64,000 nucleotides of DNA. Origin: Patescibacteria group bacterium. GTDB lineage: Bacteria; Patescibacteriota; Gracilibacteria; UM-FILTER-43-11. A program made the translations under genes and the position numbers. The notes beneath the pieces are model-generated. The model did not search any database. It saw only the letters and a list, made by a program, of their open reading frames with translations, and was not told the origin of the DNA. The stretch covers positions 1,935 through 65,934 of the forward strand of contig JAHJBZ010000002.1 of the NCBI GenBank assembly GCA_018813295.1. The letters are read 5' to 3'. Shown here in pieces: positions 8,146-19,389 of the stretch. The first letter of the stretch is position 1; each line of letters opens with the position of its first letter.

Positions 8146-11043
8146 ATGAAAACGATCCAAGTTAAAGGCGCCAGAGTACATAATTTAAAAAATATTGACG
8201 TTGAAATACCACGCGATCAGCTTGTGGTTATTACCGGCCTTTCTGGTTCCGGTAAATCCTCTCTTGCTTTTGATACCATTTATGCAGAGGGACAGAGGCG
8301 ATATGTAGAAAGTCTTAGTACTTATGCACGGCAATTTTTGCAGTTGATGGAAAAACCTGATGTGGATTCTATCGATGGTCTTTCTCCTGCAATTTCAATT
8401 GATCAGAAGACCGCAAGCAGAAATCCGCGTTCCACGGTAGGTACAGTTACGGAGATTTATGATTATCTGCGTTTGCTTTTCGCAAAAATCGGCCATCCGC
8501 ATTGCCCTGAGTGCAATAGCGACATCAGCAAGCTTTCGGCTAGTCAGATGGTGGAAATAATCGCTGAAATGCCCGAAGGAAAGAGAATTATGATTCTGGC
8601 TCCGGTTATCAGGGATCGCAAGGGAGAGCATATAAAAGTTTTTGATAAAATTAAAAAAGAGGGGTTTGTCCGTTTAAGGGTTGATGGGGAAATTCATGGC
8701 ATCAATGAAGAAATTGAACTTGATCCGAAGAAAAAACACACTATTGAAATTGTGGTGGATAGGTTGGTTGTTAAGAATTTCAAAAAGAAAATTATTAAAT
8801 TGAAATCCGGGCAGGAGATTGAGGAGAAAAATGAAGATCGTTCCCGCCTTGCTGATTCTATTGAAACGGCTCTGAAACATGGTGAAGGTATTATGATTAT
8901 TTTAGATGCGGATAGTGATGAGGAGCAAATTTTTGCAGAACATTTTGCTTGTGATACACATGGCGTTATTTCACTTCCGGAAGTTGTCCCGCGTTCTTTT
9001 AGTTTCAATTCACCTCATGGTGCATGCCCGGACTGTCATGGGCTTGGCACTAAACTTAAAATAAATTCTAAGCTGGTTATTCCAAATCCTCGCCTGACTA
9101 TTGCTGAAGGTGCAATTTTACCTTGGTCAATTTCTTCTATGAGACTTAATTGGTATAATAATTTGCTCCGTGAAGTTGGTAAAAAACATGGGTTTGATAT
9201 CAATACCCCTGTTGGGAAATTAACTGAAAATCAAATAGACATTATACTAAATGGAACAGGTGACGCGAAATATAAAGCGGAATACACAGGCCAACATTCC
9301 AGCTATGAAACCGAAACTACATATGAAGGTGTTATTCCAAATTTAGAGCGCCGTTATCATGAAAGCGAATCGGATTATATTCGTAAAAATATCGAACGCT
9401 TTATGGAAATCACCACTTGTGAGACTTGTGAGGGCAAAAGACTAAGACCGGAAATACTGGCGATTACTGTTTTGGACAAATCAATTATCGATGCCACCGA
9501 AATGTCCATTGAAGATGCGGAAAAATATTTCAAGCAAATGATTCCTGACGGAAAAAATAAAGTATTGAGTGATTCGGAGTATATAATCGCCCGTTTAATT
9601 ATCCAGGAGATATTAAACCGCCTTCAATTTCTTAAAAATGTAGGTCTTAGTTATTTGACTATGAACAGAACCGCCAACACACTTTCCGGCGGAGAGGCAC
9701 AGAGAATTCGTCTGGCAACTCAAATCGGATCTTCTCTGCAGGGTGTGCTTTATGTTCTTGATGAACCTTCTATTGGCCTTCATCAAAGGGACAATAACAG
9801 GCTAATTACAACTTTGGAGCAATTAAGAGATTTGGGGAATACGGTTATTGTTGTGGAACATGATGAAGAGACTATTAGAAAAGCTGATTATGTGCTTGAT
9901 ATTGGGCCGGGTGCAGGTAAGCATGGCGGAGAAGTTATTTTTGCCGGTTCACCAAAAGAGATTGAAAAAAATAAAAAATCACTTACCGGCCAATATCTTT
10001 CCGGGGAAAAGGAAATTCCTATTCCAAAAGAACGTCGCAAAGGCAGCGGAAAATATTTAGAGATAATTGGAGCTCAGGAAAATAATTTAAAAAATGTCGG
10101 TGTAAAAATTCCTCTAAATACCTTTGTTGGTATAACCGGGGTTTCCGGCTCAGGTAAGTCTTCATTAATTAACTACATCCTTTGCCCGGTTTTGAGCACT
10201 AAATTAAATAGGGCTAAGCAAAGAGCTGGTAAGTATAAAGAAATTAAGGGGACTGAGCATCTGGATAAAATTATCAGCATCGACCAATCCCCTATCGGCC
10301 GTACGCCAAGGAGTAACCCTGCCACTTATACAGGTGTATTTTCGGATATAAGAGAGCTTTTTGCATCTATTACTGAGGCTAAGCTCCGGGGCTACAGAGA
10401 AGGTCGCTTTAGTTTTAATGTAAAAGGCGGCAGGTGTGAAAGCTGTCAGGGCGAAGGAATGGTTAAAATTGAAATGCACTTCCTCCCGGATGTTTATGTG
10501 CCTTGTGAAGTATGTAAAGGTAAACGATATAATTCCGAAACTTTAGAGATTACCTGGCACGGTAAAAATATTTCCGATGTTCTTAATATGACAGTTGAGG
10601 AAGCTTTGGAGTTCTTTGAAGCTATTCCGCAAATTAAAAATAAATTGGGGACATTGAATAGCGTTGGACTTGGCTATATTATGCTCGGCCAAAGCGCGAC
10701 TACGCTATCCGGAGGTGAGGCGCAACGTGTGAAATTATCGACTGAACTCGCTAAACGCTCCACCGGTAATACAATTTATGTTTTGGACGAACCGACAACC
10801 GGCTTACATTTTGAGGACGTTAAAAAGCTACTTGGGGTGCTTCAGGCGCTTGTTGATAAGGGGAACACTGTTCTAACCATTGAACACAACTTGGACGTGA
10901 TTAAATCAGTCGATCATGTAATCGACTTAGGCCCTGAGGGCGGTGATGAAGGCGGTGAAATTATCTGCACCGGTACCCCGGAGGAGGTTGCAAAGTGCAA
11001 GAAGAGTTATACTGGGCAATTTTTAAGTAAGATGCTTAAATAG
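8146..11043 (+). CDS. uvrA: Excinuclease ABC subunit A
   Basis: 965 aa with two ABC ATPase modules ([12 protein letters not shown] and [10 protein letters not shown]; LSGGEAQR twice) and zinc-finger CxxC pairs. Confidence 0.97.
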   Translation: MKTIQVKGARVHNLKNIDVEIPRDQLVVITGLSGSGKSSLAFDTIYAEGQRRYVESLSTYARQFLQLMEKPDVDSIDGLSPAISIDQKTASRNPRSTVGTVTEIYDYLRLLFAKIGHPHCPECNSDISKLSASQMVEIIAEMPEGKRIMILAPVIRDRKGEHIKVFDKIKKEGFVRLRVDGEIHGINEEIELDPKKKHTIEIVVDRLVVKNFKKKIIKLKSGQEIEEKNEDRSRLADSIETALKHGEGIMIILDADSDEEQIFAEHFACDTHGVISLPEVVPRSFSFNSPHGACPDCHGLGTKLKINSKLVIPNPRLTIAEGAILPWSISSMRLNWYNNLLREVGKKHGFDINTPVGKLTENQIDIILNGTGDAKYKAEYTGQHSSYETETTYEGVIPNLERRYHESESDYIRKNIERFMEITTCETCEGKRLRPEILAITVLDKSIIDATEMSIEDAEKYFKQMIPDGKNKVLSDSEYIIARLIIQEILNRLQFLKNVGLSYLTMNRTANTLSGGEAQRIRLATQIGSSLQGVLYVLDEPSIGLHQRDNNRLITTLEQLRDLGNTVIVVEHDEETIRKADYVLDIGPGAGKHGGEVIFAGSPKEIEKNKKSLTGQYLSGEKEIPIPKERRKGSGKYLEIIGAQENNLKNVGVKIPLNTFVGITGVSGSGKSSLINYILCPVLSTKLNRAKQRAGKYKEIKGTEHLDKIISIDQSPIGRTPRSNPATYTGVFSDIRELFASITEAKLRGYREGRFSFNVKGGRCESCQGEGMVKIEMHFLPDVYVPCEVCKGKRYNSETLEITWHGKNISDVLNMTVEEALEFFEAIPQIKNKLGTLNSVGLGYIMLGQSATTLSGGEAQRVKLSTELAKRSTGNTIYVLDEPTTGLHFEDVKKLLGVLQALVDKGNTVLTIEHNLDVIKSVDHVIDLGPEGGDEGGEIICTGTPEEVAKCKKSYTGQFLSKMLK

Positions 11044-11050
11044 TCCCTAA

Positions 11051-11113
11051 TTTTTCATTTAAGATTTTTCATTTTACATTTAATTGAAAAATGAAAATTG
11101 AAAAATGAAAATT
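11051..11113. repeat. AT-rich hairpin, second copy of the TTTCATTT/AAATGAAA element, at a convergent junction
   Basis: tttttcatttaagatttttcattttacatttaattgaaaaatgaaaattgaaaaatgaaaatt. It differs from the 6835 copy by only a few positions. Confidence 0.55.
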
Positions 11114-12695
11114 AATTCGTCCTCTTAACAACAATAAGCGTAATATCATCCGCTTGCCTGTAATCACCCATGAAATCCTGTACGTCTTTAATTAAAGCGT
11201 CGTGTATTTCCTGTGCGGTAGCAAGCGTGCTGTTCTTTTTAACTGATTCTTTAAAACGGGCTTTTCCATAAGTCTCCTTTTCATTCTTCCAAGCTTCCGG
11301 AATACCATCGGTATAGAAAACTAGTACATCGTTTATGGCGACAGGCTCGGTTGCGGTTTTTGTAATATTGCTAATATCTTCAATCATACCAAGTGCCATA
11401 CCACCACCTGTTTCAAGTTCTACAATATTATTTTCAACTGCTTTATAATGGATAATTGGGTCATGGCCGGCTTGCGCAAAGCGAATGTCGGCTTTTTCCA
11501 CACTCCAGATTGCCATCATCATCGTCATAAATACATTTGGGCGGGTTTTGGCTTTTAGAATGTGGTTAAGGTGGGTGAGAATGTCCCCTGCCCTTTTGTA
11601 TTGTTCGAGGAATGCGGGGACAAGAGCGTTGTTAATTGCAGATACCAGCCCGGCAGAAACACCGTGGCCCGTTACATCTGCCACATAAAAAAGCAATTTA
11701 TCATCATCGATTTTAATAAAGTCATAACAATCACCGCCCACTTCATCCGCGGAGATGAGGGAAGCTGCAATATCCAAATTGCTGATTTTTGGAACATCTT
11801 TTGGAAGTAATTCCTTTTGGATTTGGCCCGCGAGTTCAAGCTCATGAGTTATTTTTTCCTTTTCAATCATGGCCTCGGTACTCTTTTCCAGATCCTCCGC
11901 CATTTTATTAAATGTATTTGCCAGCATGCCGACTTCACTTTTGGATTTAACGTCGATTCTGGTTTTAAGATCACCTGTACCAATTTTGCTGGCACCTTCG
12001 GTTAAAGTTTTAATCGGCGCAGTAATGCGGCCTGCTACTATTCCGCCGATAAAAAGGGCAATAACGATACCAAATAATGCCATCATCGCTATATCTACAA
12101 CAGTCCCCTGGATTCTTGAGATAAGTGCATCGTAAGATACATGATAATGAATTAAGTAGGCTCTTAGTGCATTACTCTGATCGCGAAAAGGATAAAAAAC
12201 ATCTTCAATTTGATCGGTATTTGCTATTGCCTCAACGTCCCGTCCATTTAAATTTGTATATCTGATCTCGTTATTTGTTTTTTCCAAATATACGATTCGT
12301 CCGCTTTTTTTAACTTTAACTGACGGGTAAATGGCCTGAATACGCTCAAGGTCTTCATCACTTAAAGCAGTGTGGTGTTCCTGAATTTTAGGATCGATGT
12401 ACAGCTGATCTCCATTATAATTAAGAATCGCAAGGCCTGTAATGTCGGTATTTAAGCTGTATATATCGGCAAGTTCCCTATCGAAATGAGCGTAAGCCTG
12501 TGTTTTGTAGTTATTTTCGTAATTTGCAACGACCCTCTCATGGGTAAGTTCGGCAAAACTAACTGCTTTAGTAAAAATATCGTGGTTTATTTCTTTGATC
12601 TTTTGATCAATCACAAAATATGCCGTTGCCCCCAGAATCAGAATTATGATTATGGATGTGGCAAAAACAATTTGTGATTTTACTGATCTAAACAT
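11112..12695 (-). CDS. Membrane sensor HAMP-domain PP2C (SpoIIE/RsbU-type) serine phosphatase
   Basis: TM helix, ~190-aa extracytoplasmic region and second TM, then HAMP (PIKTLTEGASKIGTGDLKTRI..NTFNKMAEDL) and PP2C motifs (GGDCYDF, ADVTGHGVSAG, TDG). I place the start at ATG 12695 (MFRSVK..). The 15 upstream codons in the ORF track lie inside an intergenic hairpin. Confidence 0.85.
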   Translation of the reverse strand: MFRSVKSQIVFATSIIIILILGATAYFVIDQKIKEINHDIFTKAVSFAELTHERVVANYENNYKTQAYAHFDRELADIYSLNTDITGLAILNYNGDQLYIDPKIQEHHTALSDEDLERIQAIYPSVKVKKSGRIVYLEKTNNEIRYTNLNGRDVEAIANTDQIEDVFYPFRDQSNALRAYLIHYHVSYDALISRIQGTVVDIAMMALFGIVIALFIGGIVAGRITAPIKTLTEGASKIGTGDLKTRIDVKSKSEVGMLANTFNKMAEDLEKSTEAMIEKEKITHELELAGQIQKELLPKDVPKISNLDIAASLISADEVGGDCYDFIKIDDDKLLFYVADVTGHGVSAGLVSAINNALVPAFLEQYKRAGDILTHLNHILKAKTRPNVFMTMMMAIWSVEKADIRFAQAGHDPIIHYKAVENNIVELETGGGMALGMIEDISNITKTATEPVAINDVLVFYTDGIPEAWKNEKETYGKARFKESVKKNSTLATAQEIHDALIKDVQDFMGDYRQADDITLIVVKRTN

Positions 12696-12761
12696 TATTA
12701 TTTTTGATTTTTGATTCTTGATTTGCGATTCAAAATTCAAAAATCACAAATCAGAAATGTT

Positions 12762-14939
12762 TTAGGCTGTTCTTTCGGCGGATTCTCTTTCTGCAACCTG
12801 AGCTAACATCTGATCGTAAGTAACACTTGATAATCTTGCCTGGCGTTCATCTTCTACACGCACATTAAATGATTTCGACCCCTTTCTGTCTAAACGTTCG
12901 TACATATCATTGGCCAATCTATCAAGATTATTTAGATATATTAGGTTATTAAACACATCAAAAGGATCAATATTACGCGGACCAAAATCTGCAGCTAATT
13001 TACTCTTTTGTGCAGGGGTTAAGCTTTCTTCAAAAGCTTCTCTGTCTTTAAATGTTTTTGTTGGCACCTCAGCTAAGTTTAAATATTTTGAGAAGGCCGT
13101 TGGTGCAAATATTGATATATTTGTATTTCCAGATATACCCAAAGCAGTGCGAGGTAGTGCCATATTTACTGAAGGTAAATAAAGATTATATCTATTAGTG
13201 TCTTTTTTATTGTTATAAAGACTGCGTAGATTTATTTCTGCATCCGATGGGAACTCATATTCTGTAGCCGCACTAACAATTTCATGCGTGATGTCATTGT
13301 ACGCATCTGTGTAAATTTCCTGTTCTATTCTGGTGTATTCTTCAATTGCTGTTTGTAAATTTTTAAATGCTCTACCTTTTTTTTGGTTCAAATCCCTTAA
13401 AGCTATGTAATCTTCTTCTGCGGGTTCCATGTATGCACCTGTCATATTATCTATTTCCTGTTTTTTTGCTGCCCAGTCCTGATATGCAGTTCTGTATTCC
13501 TGATAAGCTCTTCTTGGCCATGATCCATCTGCGCAATATCGATTAATAGTATCATGCCAACCTCCTGAATCGGGATCATGGTATGCAATATAATGAAGGT
13601 CATCTTCAATCATCTCCCTTCTTTTGTTACCTGCTTTTCTATGTTTAGGTTTTACCAATGAATCAAATAATTCCAACCTAAGAAGATCGCCATGCTGTAT
13701 GTTGGCTGGTAAATTTTGTATGTCCAATCTTCTTTCTCTTGCACGCTCAGTTAATTTAGCAGTTTCGGGTCTGGTTTCAGCTGGTATATCAGGGGTGCCA
13801 GCTTCTTCTACCTCAGCAGCCCTGGTATTTTCTGCATTCCACGCATCGGTGTAATCCTGACTAAAATATTCGGCTCCTTCTGTTGTTAAAAGATTATGAA
13901 CTGTGGCCCAGTTTTCTGCTGAATGTGCAATGCCAGTTGGATCCTCTGAATCTTTCGGCACTGTATCTGCGGCAATAGCCTTTAAAACATCTGCCTTTAG
14001 TGTGTCGTTATAACCTTGTGTAAATGCAAAAATCGCTTCATTGCTGGCATTTTGACTTTGTAGTTGTTGCAGAGTTGCCTGTCCGGTTTCATCGAGCTGA
14101 ACTTCTGGTGCTCTACGTGCAACTGGCACTGCACTAAAATTTCCTTCTAATTGTCTTTCAAGGTGATCAATAGCTTTTTTGTATTCCGCGTCTCTTCGAC
14201 CAGTTCTGAAATCTGCATGTAAGGTGGCTCTGAATCTTTGCCATTCTGGTTTTTTATGTTCGTAAATTGTAGTTAAATACGCACCTAAAACGCTTACAGT
14301 GTATCCGCCCATCATTCCGTCGATGTAAGTAAAGCCATTTGTACGGCGCCCCTCCACTAGCTCAAATTTAATACCATATTGCGGATCAGCGAAATCTTCT
14401 GTTAGTATTTCCTGCAAAGCGCCAACGCATTTTCGCTGGTCTCTTTGGTTTAGACCGGTTTTACCTAATACCTGCTCAGCAAATTCGCGGTTCCATTCGC
14501 TCCAATTGCCGTTGTATTCCTGGTGGGTTTTTACAAATTCATACCATTTATTTGGGTTTTCTGCCAACACTTCTCTGACATCGCTGATATATTTTTGTTT
14601 TTCTGCTTCATTATCAAAAATTTCTCTTGTTACCCTTTTTCGAACGGTTTCCAGCCCTGCCTGTGCATCACGGATTGCCGTTTCTGGTGGCGTTGCTAGT
14701 TCTCCGGCAGGAGGAACAACTTCAGCCAAAGCATCATCATCTGCCCCGGGCCTATCCAATGGATCTAGCGGCGTAGGTATATCTTCTTCAAAATCAAGAT
14801 GACCTGTAAGTCCCTCCTGGCGCCCTCTCTGCACCTCAGATGCACCTGCCGGTACGACTCTGGAGGGAGGAGTTTCTTCCGCATAAATCAACCGTTCCGG
14901 CCCAAAGAAATTTGAATTTTCGAATTGATTATATTTCAT
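12762..14939 (-). CDS. Orphan 725-aa soluble protein (no recognisable domain)
   Basis: Long uninterrupted ORF with no TM helix or signal peptide. It has an acidic/Pro-rich N-terminus and lies upstream of, and co-oriented with, the HAMP-PP2C gene. Confidence 0.6.
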   Translation of the reverse strand: MKYNQFENSNFFGPERLIYAEETPPSRVVPAGASEVQRGRQEGLTGHLDFEEDIPTPLDPLDRPGADDDALAEVVPPAGELATPPETAIRDAQAGLETVRKRVTREIFDNEAEKQKYISDVREVLAENPNKWYEFVKTHQEYNGNWSEWNREFAEQVLGKTGLNQRDQRKCVGALQEILTEDFADPQYGIKFELVEGRRTNGFTYIDGMMGGYTVSVLGAYLTTIYEHKKPEWQRFRATLHADFRTGRRDAEYKKAIDHLERQLEGNFSAVPVARRAPEVQLDETGQATLQQLQSQNASNEAIFAFTQGYNDTLKADVLKAIAADTVPKDSEDPTGIAHSAENWATVHNLLTTEGAEYFSQDYTDAWNAENTRAAEVEEAGTPDIPAETRPETAKLTERARERRLDIQNLPANIQHGDLLRLELFDSLVKPKHRKAGNKRREMIEDDLHYIAYHDPDSGGWHDTINRYCADGSWPRRAYQEYRTAYQDWAAKKQEIDNMTGAYMEPAEEDYIALRDLNQKKGRAFKNLQTAIEEYTRIEQEIYTDAYNDITHEIVSAATEYEFPSDAEINLRSLYNNKKDTNRYNLYLPSVNMALPRTALGISGNTNISIFAPTAFSKYLNLAEVPTKTFKDREAFEESLTPAQKSKLAADFGPRNIDPFDVFNNLIYLNNLDRLANDMYERLDRKGSKSFNVRVEDERQARLSSVTYDQMLAQVAERESAERTA

Positions 14940-15051
14940 AATTTTTTAATCTTGAATTTTGAATCTTTTAATTGAATATTAATCTAATAATTATAGCATA
15001 AATAAACAGGAATTGCAAATTGCTTTAGTGGATGATTTTTGGTAATGTAAT

Positions 15052-15168
15052 TGTCTGAACTGTGATTTATGTGATTAAATGATTTTTATGATTTACCATG
15101 CATAAGCTTTGTGCATTCATAAAAAATCTTGTCCATCATTACAATCATAAAAAATCATAGTTCAGACA
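15052..15168. repeat. TGTCTGAAC...GTTCAGACA long hairpin element, copy 1
   Basis: The terminal inverted repeat is tgtctgaactgtgatt...aatcatagttcagaca, and the arms are built from TGATT/AATCA words. Further copies are at 38651-38770 and 39521-39629, with a solo left arm at 37920-37962. Confidence 0.65.
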
Positions 15169-15175
15169 AATTATT

Positions 15176-16201
15176 ATGATAGAAAGAGACAACCAAATCA
15201 CCAGTACAAAAGCCGCAAATCAAGACGATAAACTTGATTTAACTCTGCGCCCGAAAACATTGGAGGAGTATGTGGGGCAAGGTGATACAAAAATGAACTT
15301 AAAAGTGGCTATGCAGGCGGCTAAAAAGCGGGATGAGCCTGTTGAGCATATTCTTTTATACGGCCCTCCAGGGCTTGGTAAAACCACTTTGGCGAATATT
15401 GTTGCCAGAGAGATGGGCGTGAATATTAAGACGACTTCCGGGCCGGCTATTGAAAAGCAGGGAGATCTGGCTTCTATTCTTACGAATCTGCAGGAGAATG
15501 ATATTTTATTTATCGATGAAATTCATAGGCTCAAGACTAATATTGAGGAGATTTTATATAGCGCGATGGAGGATTATGCGCTGGATATTATTATCGGCAA
15601 AGGGCCGGCGGCCCGTTCAATGAGGCTTGATCTGCCTAAATTCACACTTATCGGAGCTACGACGAAGGTGGGTTCACTTTCTGCACCTTTGAGGGACAGA
15701 TTCGGGCATATTTATAAGCTGGATTTTTATCAGGATGATGAAATTCAGGCGATTGTGAAGAGGTCTGCCGGGTTACTCGACGTTCAAATTGATGATGCTG
15801 GTACTGCGGAAATCGCTAAAAGTGCACGAAAAACACCAAGAATTGCAAATAGACTACTTAAGCGAATTCGTGACTTTGCAACAGTTGAAGATTATAAAAA
15901 AATTGACCTTAAATTCACTCAAAAATGCCTGAAAACTATGGGGGTGGACATACTTGGTCTTGATAAAACGGATAGACAAATACTTCTTGCAATTATCGAC
16001 AAATTTAATGGTGGCCCTGTTGGCGTTAATGCCATCGCCGCCGCAACTGCAGAGGAAATAGAGACAATTGAGGATTTATACGAACCATATCTGCTCCAAA
16101 TTGGATTTTTGGATAGAACAAAACGCGGCAGGGTTGTTACGGAAAATGCCTATGTGCATTTGAATTTAGACTACAGTGAAAATCAAAATAGAATGTTTTA
16201 A
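15176..16201 (+). CDS. ruvB: Holliday junction branch migration helicase RuvB
   Basis: 341 aa with LRPKTLEEYVGQ, Walker A GPPGLGKTTLA and ILFIDEIHRL. Confidence 0.95.
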   Translation: MIERDNQITSTKAANQDDKLDLTLRPKTLEEYVGQGDTKMNLKVAMQAAKKRDEPVEHILLYGPPGLGKTTLANIVAREMGVNIKTTSGPAIEKQGDLASILTNLQENDILFIDEIHRLKTNIEEILYSAMEDYALDIIIGKGPAARSMRLDLPKFTLIGATTKVGSLSAPLRDRFGHIYKLDFYQDDEIQAIVKRSAGLLDVQIDDAGTAEIAKSARKTPRIANRLLKRIRDFATVEDYKKIDLKFTQKCLKTMGVDILGLDKTDRQILLAIIDKFNGGPVGVNAIAAATAEEIETIEDLYEPYLLQIGFLDRTKRGRVVTENAYVHLNLDYSENQNRMF

Positions 16202-16206
16202 TTAAT

Positions 16207-16305
16207 TCGGATAGTGGCTCGAATAGTGGCTCGAATAGTGGCTCGAATAGTGGTCCACAATACGAGCCACAGCGAAGCATGAGCCACGATACGAGCCACC
16301 ATTCG
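16207..16305. repeat. Hairpin built from a tandem 12-mer (ATAGTGGCTCGA x3, plus a degenerate fourth) and its complement words (CGAGCCAC)
   Basis: 16211-16258 holds three exact 12-nt units plus atagtggtccac. 16261-16300 holds tacgagccac..gagccac..acgagccacc. Confidence 0.6.
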
Positions 16306-16309
16306 GAAA

Positions 16310-18055
16310 ATGAATCATCTAGAAGAAATCAGGGCAAAACTTGCAATTGAAGAAGTCGTTGGCGGCTATATTCAGCTAAAAAAGGCTGGGCGGAATTTAA
16401 AGGGGCTGTGCCCGTTTCATAATGACTCTCGGCCGAGCTTTACAGTAAGCCCGGAAAAGGGAATTGCATATTGTTTTGCATGTAATACGGGTGGGGATAT
16501 TTTTAAGTTTATCCAGCTGATTGAGAATGTTGAATTTCCGGAAGCCGTGAGGATTCTGGCGCAAAGGGCTAATGTACCACTTCCTGAATTTAAGCCGGAA
16601 GCGCATAACAAACGCCTGCAGATTATTGAAATGAATCGCTCTTCTGCAAAGTTTTTTAGTGAGCAGCTGCAGGATTCAGATAAGCACAAAAAATATTTTT
16701 TAGATCGTGGACTCTCTGAGGAGACAATTCAGAAGTTTAAATTGGGGTATGCGCCGGATTCTTATCATGCATTAAAAGACAATTTGGAAAAAATTGGTTA
16801 TAAGGAAAATGACCTGATTAATTCCGGGCTTCTTAACCAGCGGTCCATTGCGGATAAAAATACGTATGACCGTTTCAGGAACCGTTATATCTTTCCGATT
16901 TATGATCATCAAGACAATCCGGTTGGGTTTGGAGGCCGGATTATTGATGAAGGCGAACCGAAATATTTAAATTCACCGGACACTCCAGCTTACAATAAAA
17001 GCCTTATCCTTTATGGCTTGAATTTTGGAAAAAATGCGGTTAAAAAAGAGGATTTAGCGGTATTCGTAGAAGGGTATATGGATGTTATTGCCGCTCATCA
17101 GGCTGGTACGGAAAATGTAATCGCCACCTCAGGGACCGCGTTAACGGCACCACAATTAAAACTTATTAAACGCTACACCCCAAATGTTGCGTTTGCTTTT
17201 GATCAGGACGCGGCTGGTTTAGAAGCCACTAAAAGATCTATTGAACTTGCCCAGGAAGCGGAACTTAATATAAAAATTGTTACCGTTCCTGAAGGAAAAG
17301 ATCCGGATGAATGTATTAAGAAATCCCCTGAAAAATGGATAGAGGCTATAAAAAATGCTGTGCCTGCTATGGATTTTTATTTTTCTTATGCCCTCAAGCA
17401 ATATGATAAAAATACCCTGGATGGGAAAAAGGGAATTCTTAACTTAATATTACCGCTCATTAAGCAGCATCAGACTGAAATGGAGCAAAATCAATATTTA
17501 GAGCGTTTGGCATTGGAGCTGAAAACCGATATTAAATTACTTTGGAATGATCTTAAAAATTTCAATATAAAAAAGACTTACTCGCAAGCGAAACAAGAGA
17601 CGGATCAGGTTCCAGTCAGGCAGATTTTTAGCCGAGAAGAGTTCCTGCTTGGCTTTATTTTTCATAAACCGGATTTGTACAACCTGGTGCAAGAAAATCT
17701 TATTGATAGTATCCCCTTTGATACGAGGACAGAAAAGTTTTACAAGGCTTGCAGAAAAGTGTACAATCGCTTAAGCACGATTGACCTAGGGGAATTAAAA
17801 AAGGAATTAGAGCCAGATGATCACGAAAAGCTGCAAATTTACCCTCTTCTTATAGAGGAACACTATCCTGATTTTGGGGATGATGCCATGGAGCGAGAGG
17901 TTATTAATCTCATACGCACCATTAATAAAACTAATTTACACAATGTACAAAAGGAATATGAGTTTAAAATTCGCGCAGCAAAAGATGCTGGAGAAAAAAC
18001 TTTGCTTTTAAATCAGTACAATCAAATTTTGAAACTTACTACTAAGATTAATTAA
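16310..18055 (+). CDS. dnaG: DNA primase
   Basis: 581 aa with a zinc-binding CPFHNDSRPSF..CFAC motif and a TOPRIM domain (VEGYMDV, FDQDAAG). Confidence 0.93.
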   Translation: MNHLEEIRAKLAIEEVVGGYIQLKKAGRNLKGLCPFHNDSRPSFTVSPEKGIAYCFACNTGGDIFKFIQLIENVEFPEAVRILAQRANVPLPEFKPEAHNKRLQIIEMNRSSAKFFSEQLQDSDKHKKYFLDRGLSEETIQKFKLGYAPDSYHALKDNLEKIGYKENDLINSGLLNQRSIADKNTYDRFRNRYIFPIYDHQDNPVGFGGRIIDEGEPKYLNSPDTPAYNKSLILYGLNFGKNAVKKEDLAVFVEGYMDVIAAHQAGTENVIATSGTALTAPQLKLIKRYTPNVAFAFDQDAAGLEATKRSIELAQEAELNIKIVTVPEGKDPDECIKKSPEKWIEAIKNAVPAMDFYFSYALKQYDKNTLDGKKGILNLILPLIKQHQTEMEQNQYLERLALELKTDIKLLWNDLKNFNIKKTYSQAKQETDQVPVRQIFSREEFLLGFIFHKPDLYNLVQENLIDSIPFDTRTEKFYKACRKVYNRLSTIDLGELKKELEPDDHEKLQIYPLLIEEHYPDFGDDAMEREVINLIRTINKTNLHNVQKEYEFKIRAAKDAGEKTLLLNQYNQILKLTTKIN

Positions 18056-18129
18056 CATTTAACATTTGACCATTGACTCCCGCTTAGCGCGATCAAATGT
18101 CACATGTCAAATGTCAATTGTAATAAAAT

Positions 18130-19389
18130 ATGGCTAAGAAAATAACTAAGAAATTCATTGCTCAACCGGATGAGAAGACTCTAGCAAAGTACCCAAAGGG
18201 TATTCGCGGGCTTATTCAAAAAGGGCGTGAACAGCGTTTTGTAACGCACCAAGAGCTTCTTAAAGCCATCCCGGAAATCGAGGATAACGTTATCCTTCTT
18301 GATGAAATTTATACACTTTTCCTGGATTTAGGTATTGAAGTTCTCGATGTAAAAAAAGATCTCATCTGGGGGCAGAAGGCTAAAAAGGCAAAGGATGTTT
18401 TTAGCTTGAGTGATGAAGATCTCCTTGATATCGATATTGATGAATTCGCTGAAGATGATGAGGAGGTGGATCTTCAGGAAAAAGATAAGGATAAGGAAAA
18501 AGATCAGGAAGCTGAAGATGAAAAAACCGAACAAGCAAAGAAAAAACAGGCTAATTTAAAAGAGATTGCAAATGATTCCGTTCGCATGTATTTAAGTGAA
18601 ATTGGGCGAGTAGACCTTTTAACTGGTGATGAAGAAATAAAGCTTGCTAAACGAATTGCAAAAGGTGATCCGATATCTAAACAAAAGCTTGCAGAAGCCA
18701 ATCTTCGTCTTGTTGTATCCATTGCTAAAAAGTATATCGGCCGTGGCCTTTCGTTTTTAGATTTGATACAGGAGGGTAATATTGGTCTTTTCCGAGCGGT
18801 TGAAAAGTTCGACCCAAAACGCGGATTTAAATTTTCCACATATGCAACATGGTGGATCAGACAGGCCATAACCCGTGCCATTGCTGATCAGGCAAGAACG
18901 ATCCGTATTCCTGTTCACATGGTGGAAACCATTAATAAACTGACACACACTCAGCGCCGATTGTTACAAGAGTTTGGACGCGAACCTACTGTAGAAGAAC
19001 TTGCTTCTGAAATGGATATGGATATTAAAAAAGTGCGCCATATTCTTAAAATTTCTCAGGATATTGTTTCTCTTGAAGCTCCGGTTGGCGCTGAAGAAGA
19101 CAGTAAATTAGGTGATTTTATTGAAGACGATGATGCAATTTCTCCAAGTGACGCAACGAACCGCCAAATTATGAAGGAGAATATTCATTACATGCTTCAG
19201 TATCTCACTCCTCGTGAGCAGAAGATTATCAGAATGCGTTTTGGTCTGGATGACGGAATTGGCCACACTTTGGAAGAGGTGGGAAAGGAATTCGGAGTTA
19301 CACGTGAACGTATCAGGCAAATTGAAGCAAAAATACTGCAAAAAATGCGCGATCATCCTACTTCTATAAAAATTAAGGATCGACACTAA
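18130..19389 (+). CDS. rpoD: Primary sigma-70 factor
   Basis: 419 aa with region 2 ([29 protein letters not shown]), region 3 and region 4 ([20 protein letters not shown]), plus an acidic N-terminal insert. Confidence 0.95.
   Translation: MAKKITKKFIAQPDEKTLAKYPKGIRGLIQKGREQRFVTHQELLKAIPEIEDNVILLDEIYTLFLDLGIEVLDVKKDLIWGQKAKKAKDVFSLSDEDLLDIDIDEFAEDDEEVDLQEKDKDKEKDQEAEDEKTEQAKKKQANLKEIANDSVRMYLSEIGRVDLLTGDEEIKLAKRIAKGDPISKQKLAEANLRLVVSIAKKYIGRGLSFLDLIQEGNIGLFRAVEKFDPKRGFKFSTYATWWIRQAITRAIADQARTIRIPVHMVETINKLTHTQRRLLQEFGREPTVEELASEMDMDIKKVRHILKISQDIVSLEAPVGAEEDSKLGDFIEDDDAISPSDATNRQIMKENIHYMLQYLTPREQKIIRMRFGLDDGIGHTLEEVGKEFGVTRERIRQIEAKILQKMRDHPTSIKIKDRH

Noticed and set aside
12696-12740. 15-codon N-terminal extension of the HAMP-PP2C gene (ORF-track start 12740).
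   Set aside because: The extension is encoded by the intergenic GATTTTTGATT word hairpin and begins at a non-ATG codon. ATG 12695 gives a normal Lys/Arg-then-TM N-terminus.
16211-16258. CRISPR array hypothesis for the repeated intergenic words here and elsewhere.
   Set aside because: The units are 7-12 nt, contiguous or irregularly spaced. They lack unique spacers of uniform length, are immediately mirrored by their complements, and have no cas genes nearby.
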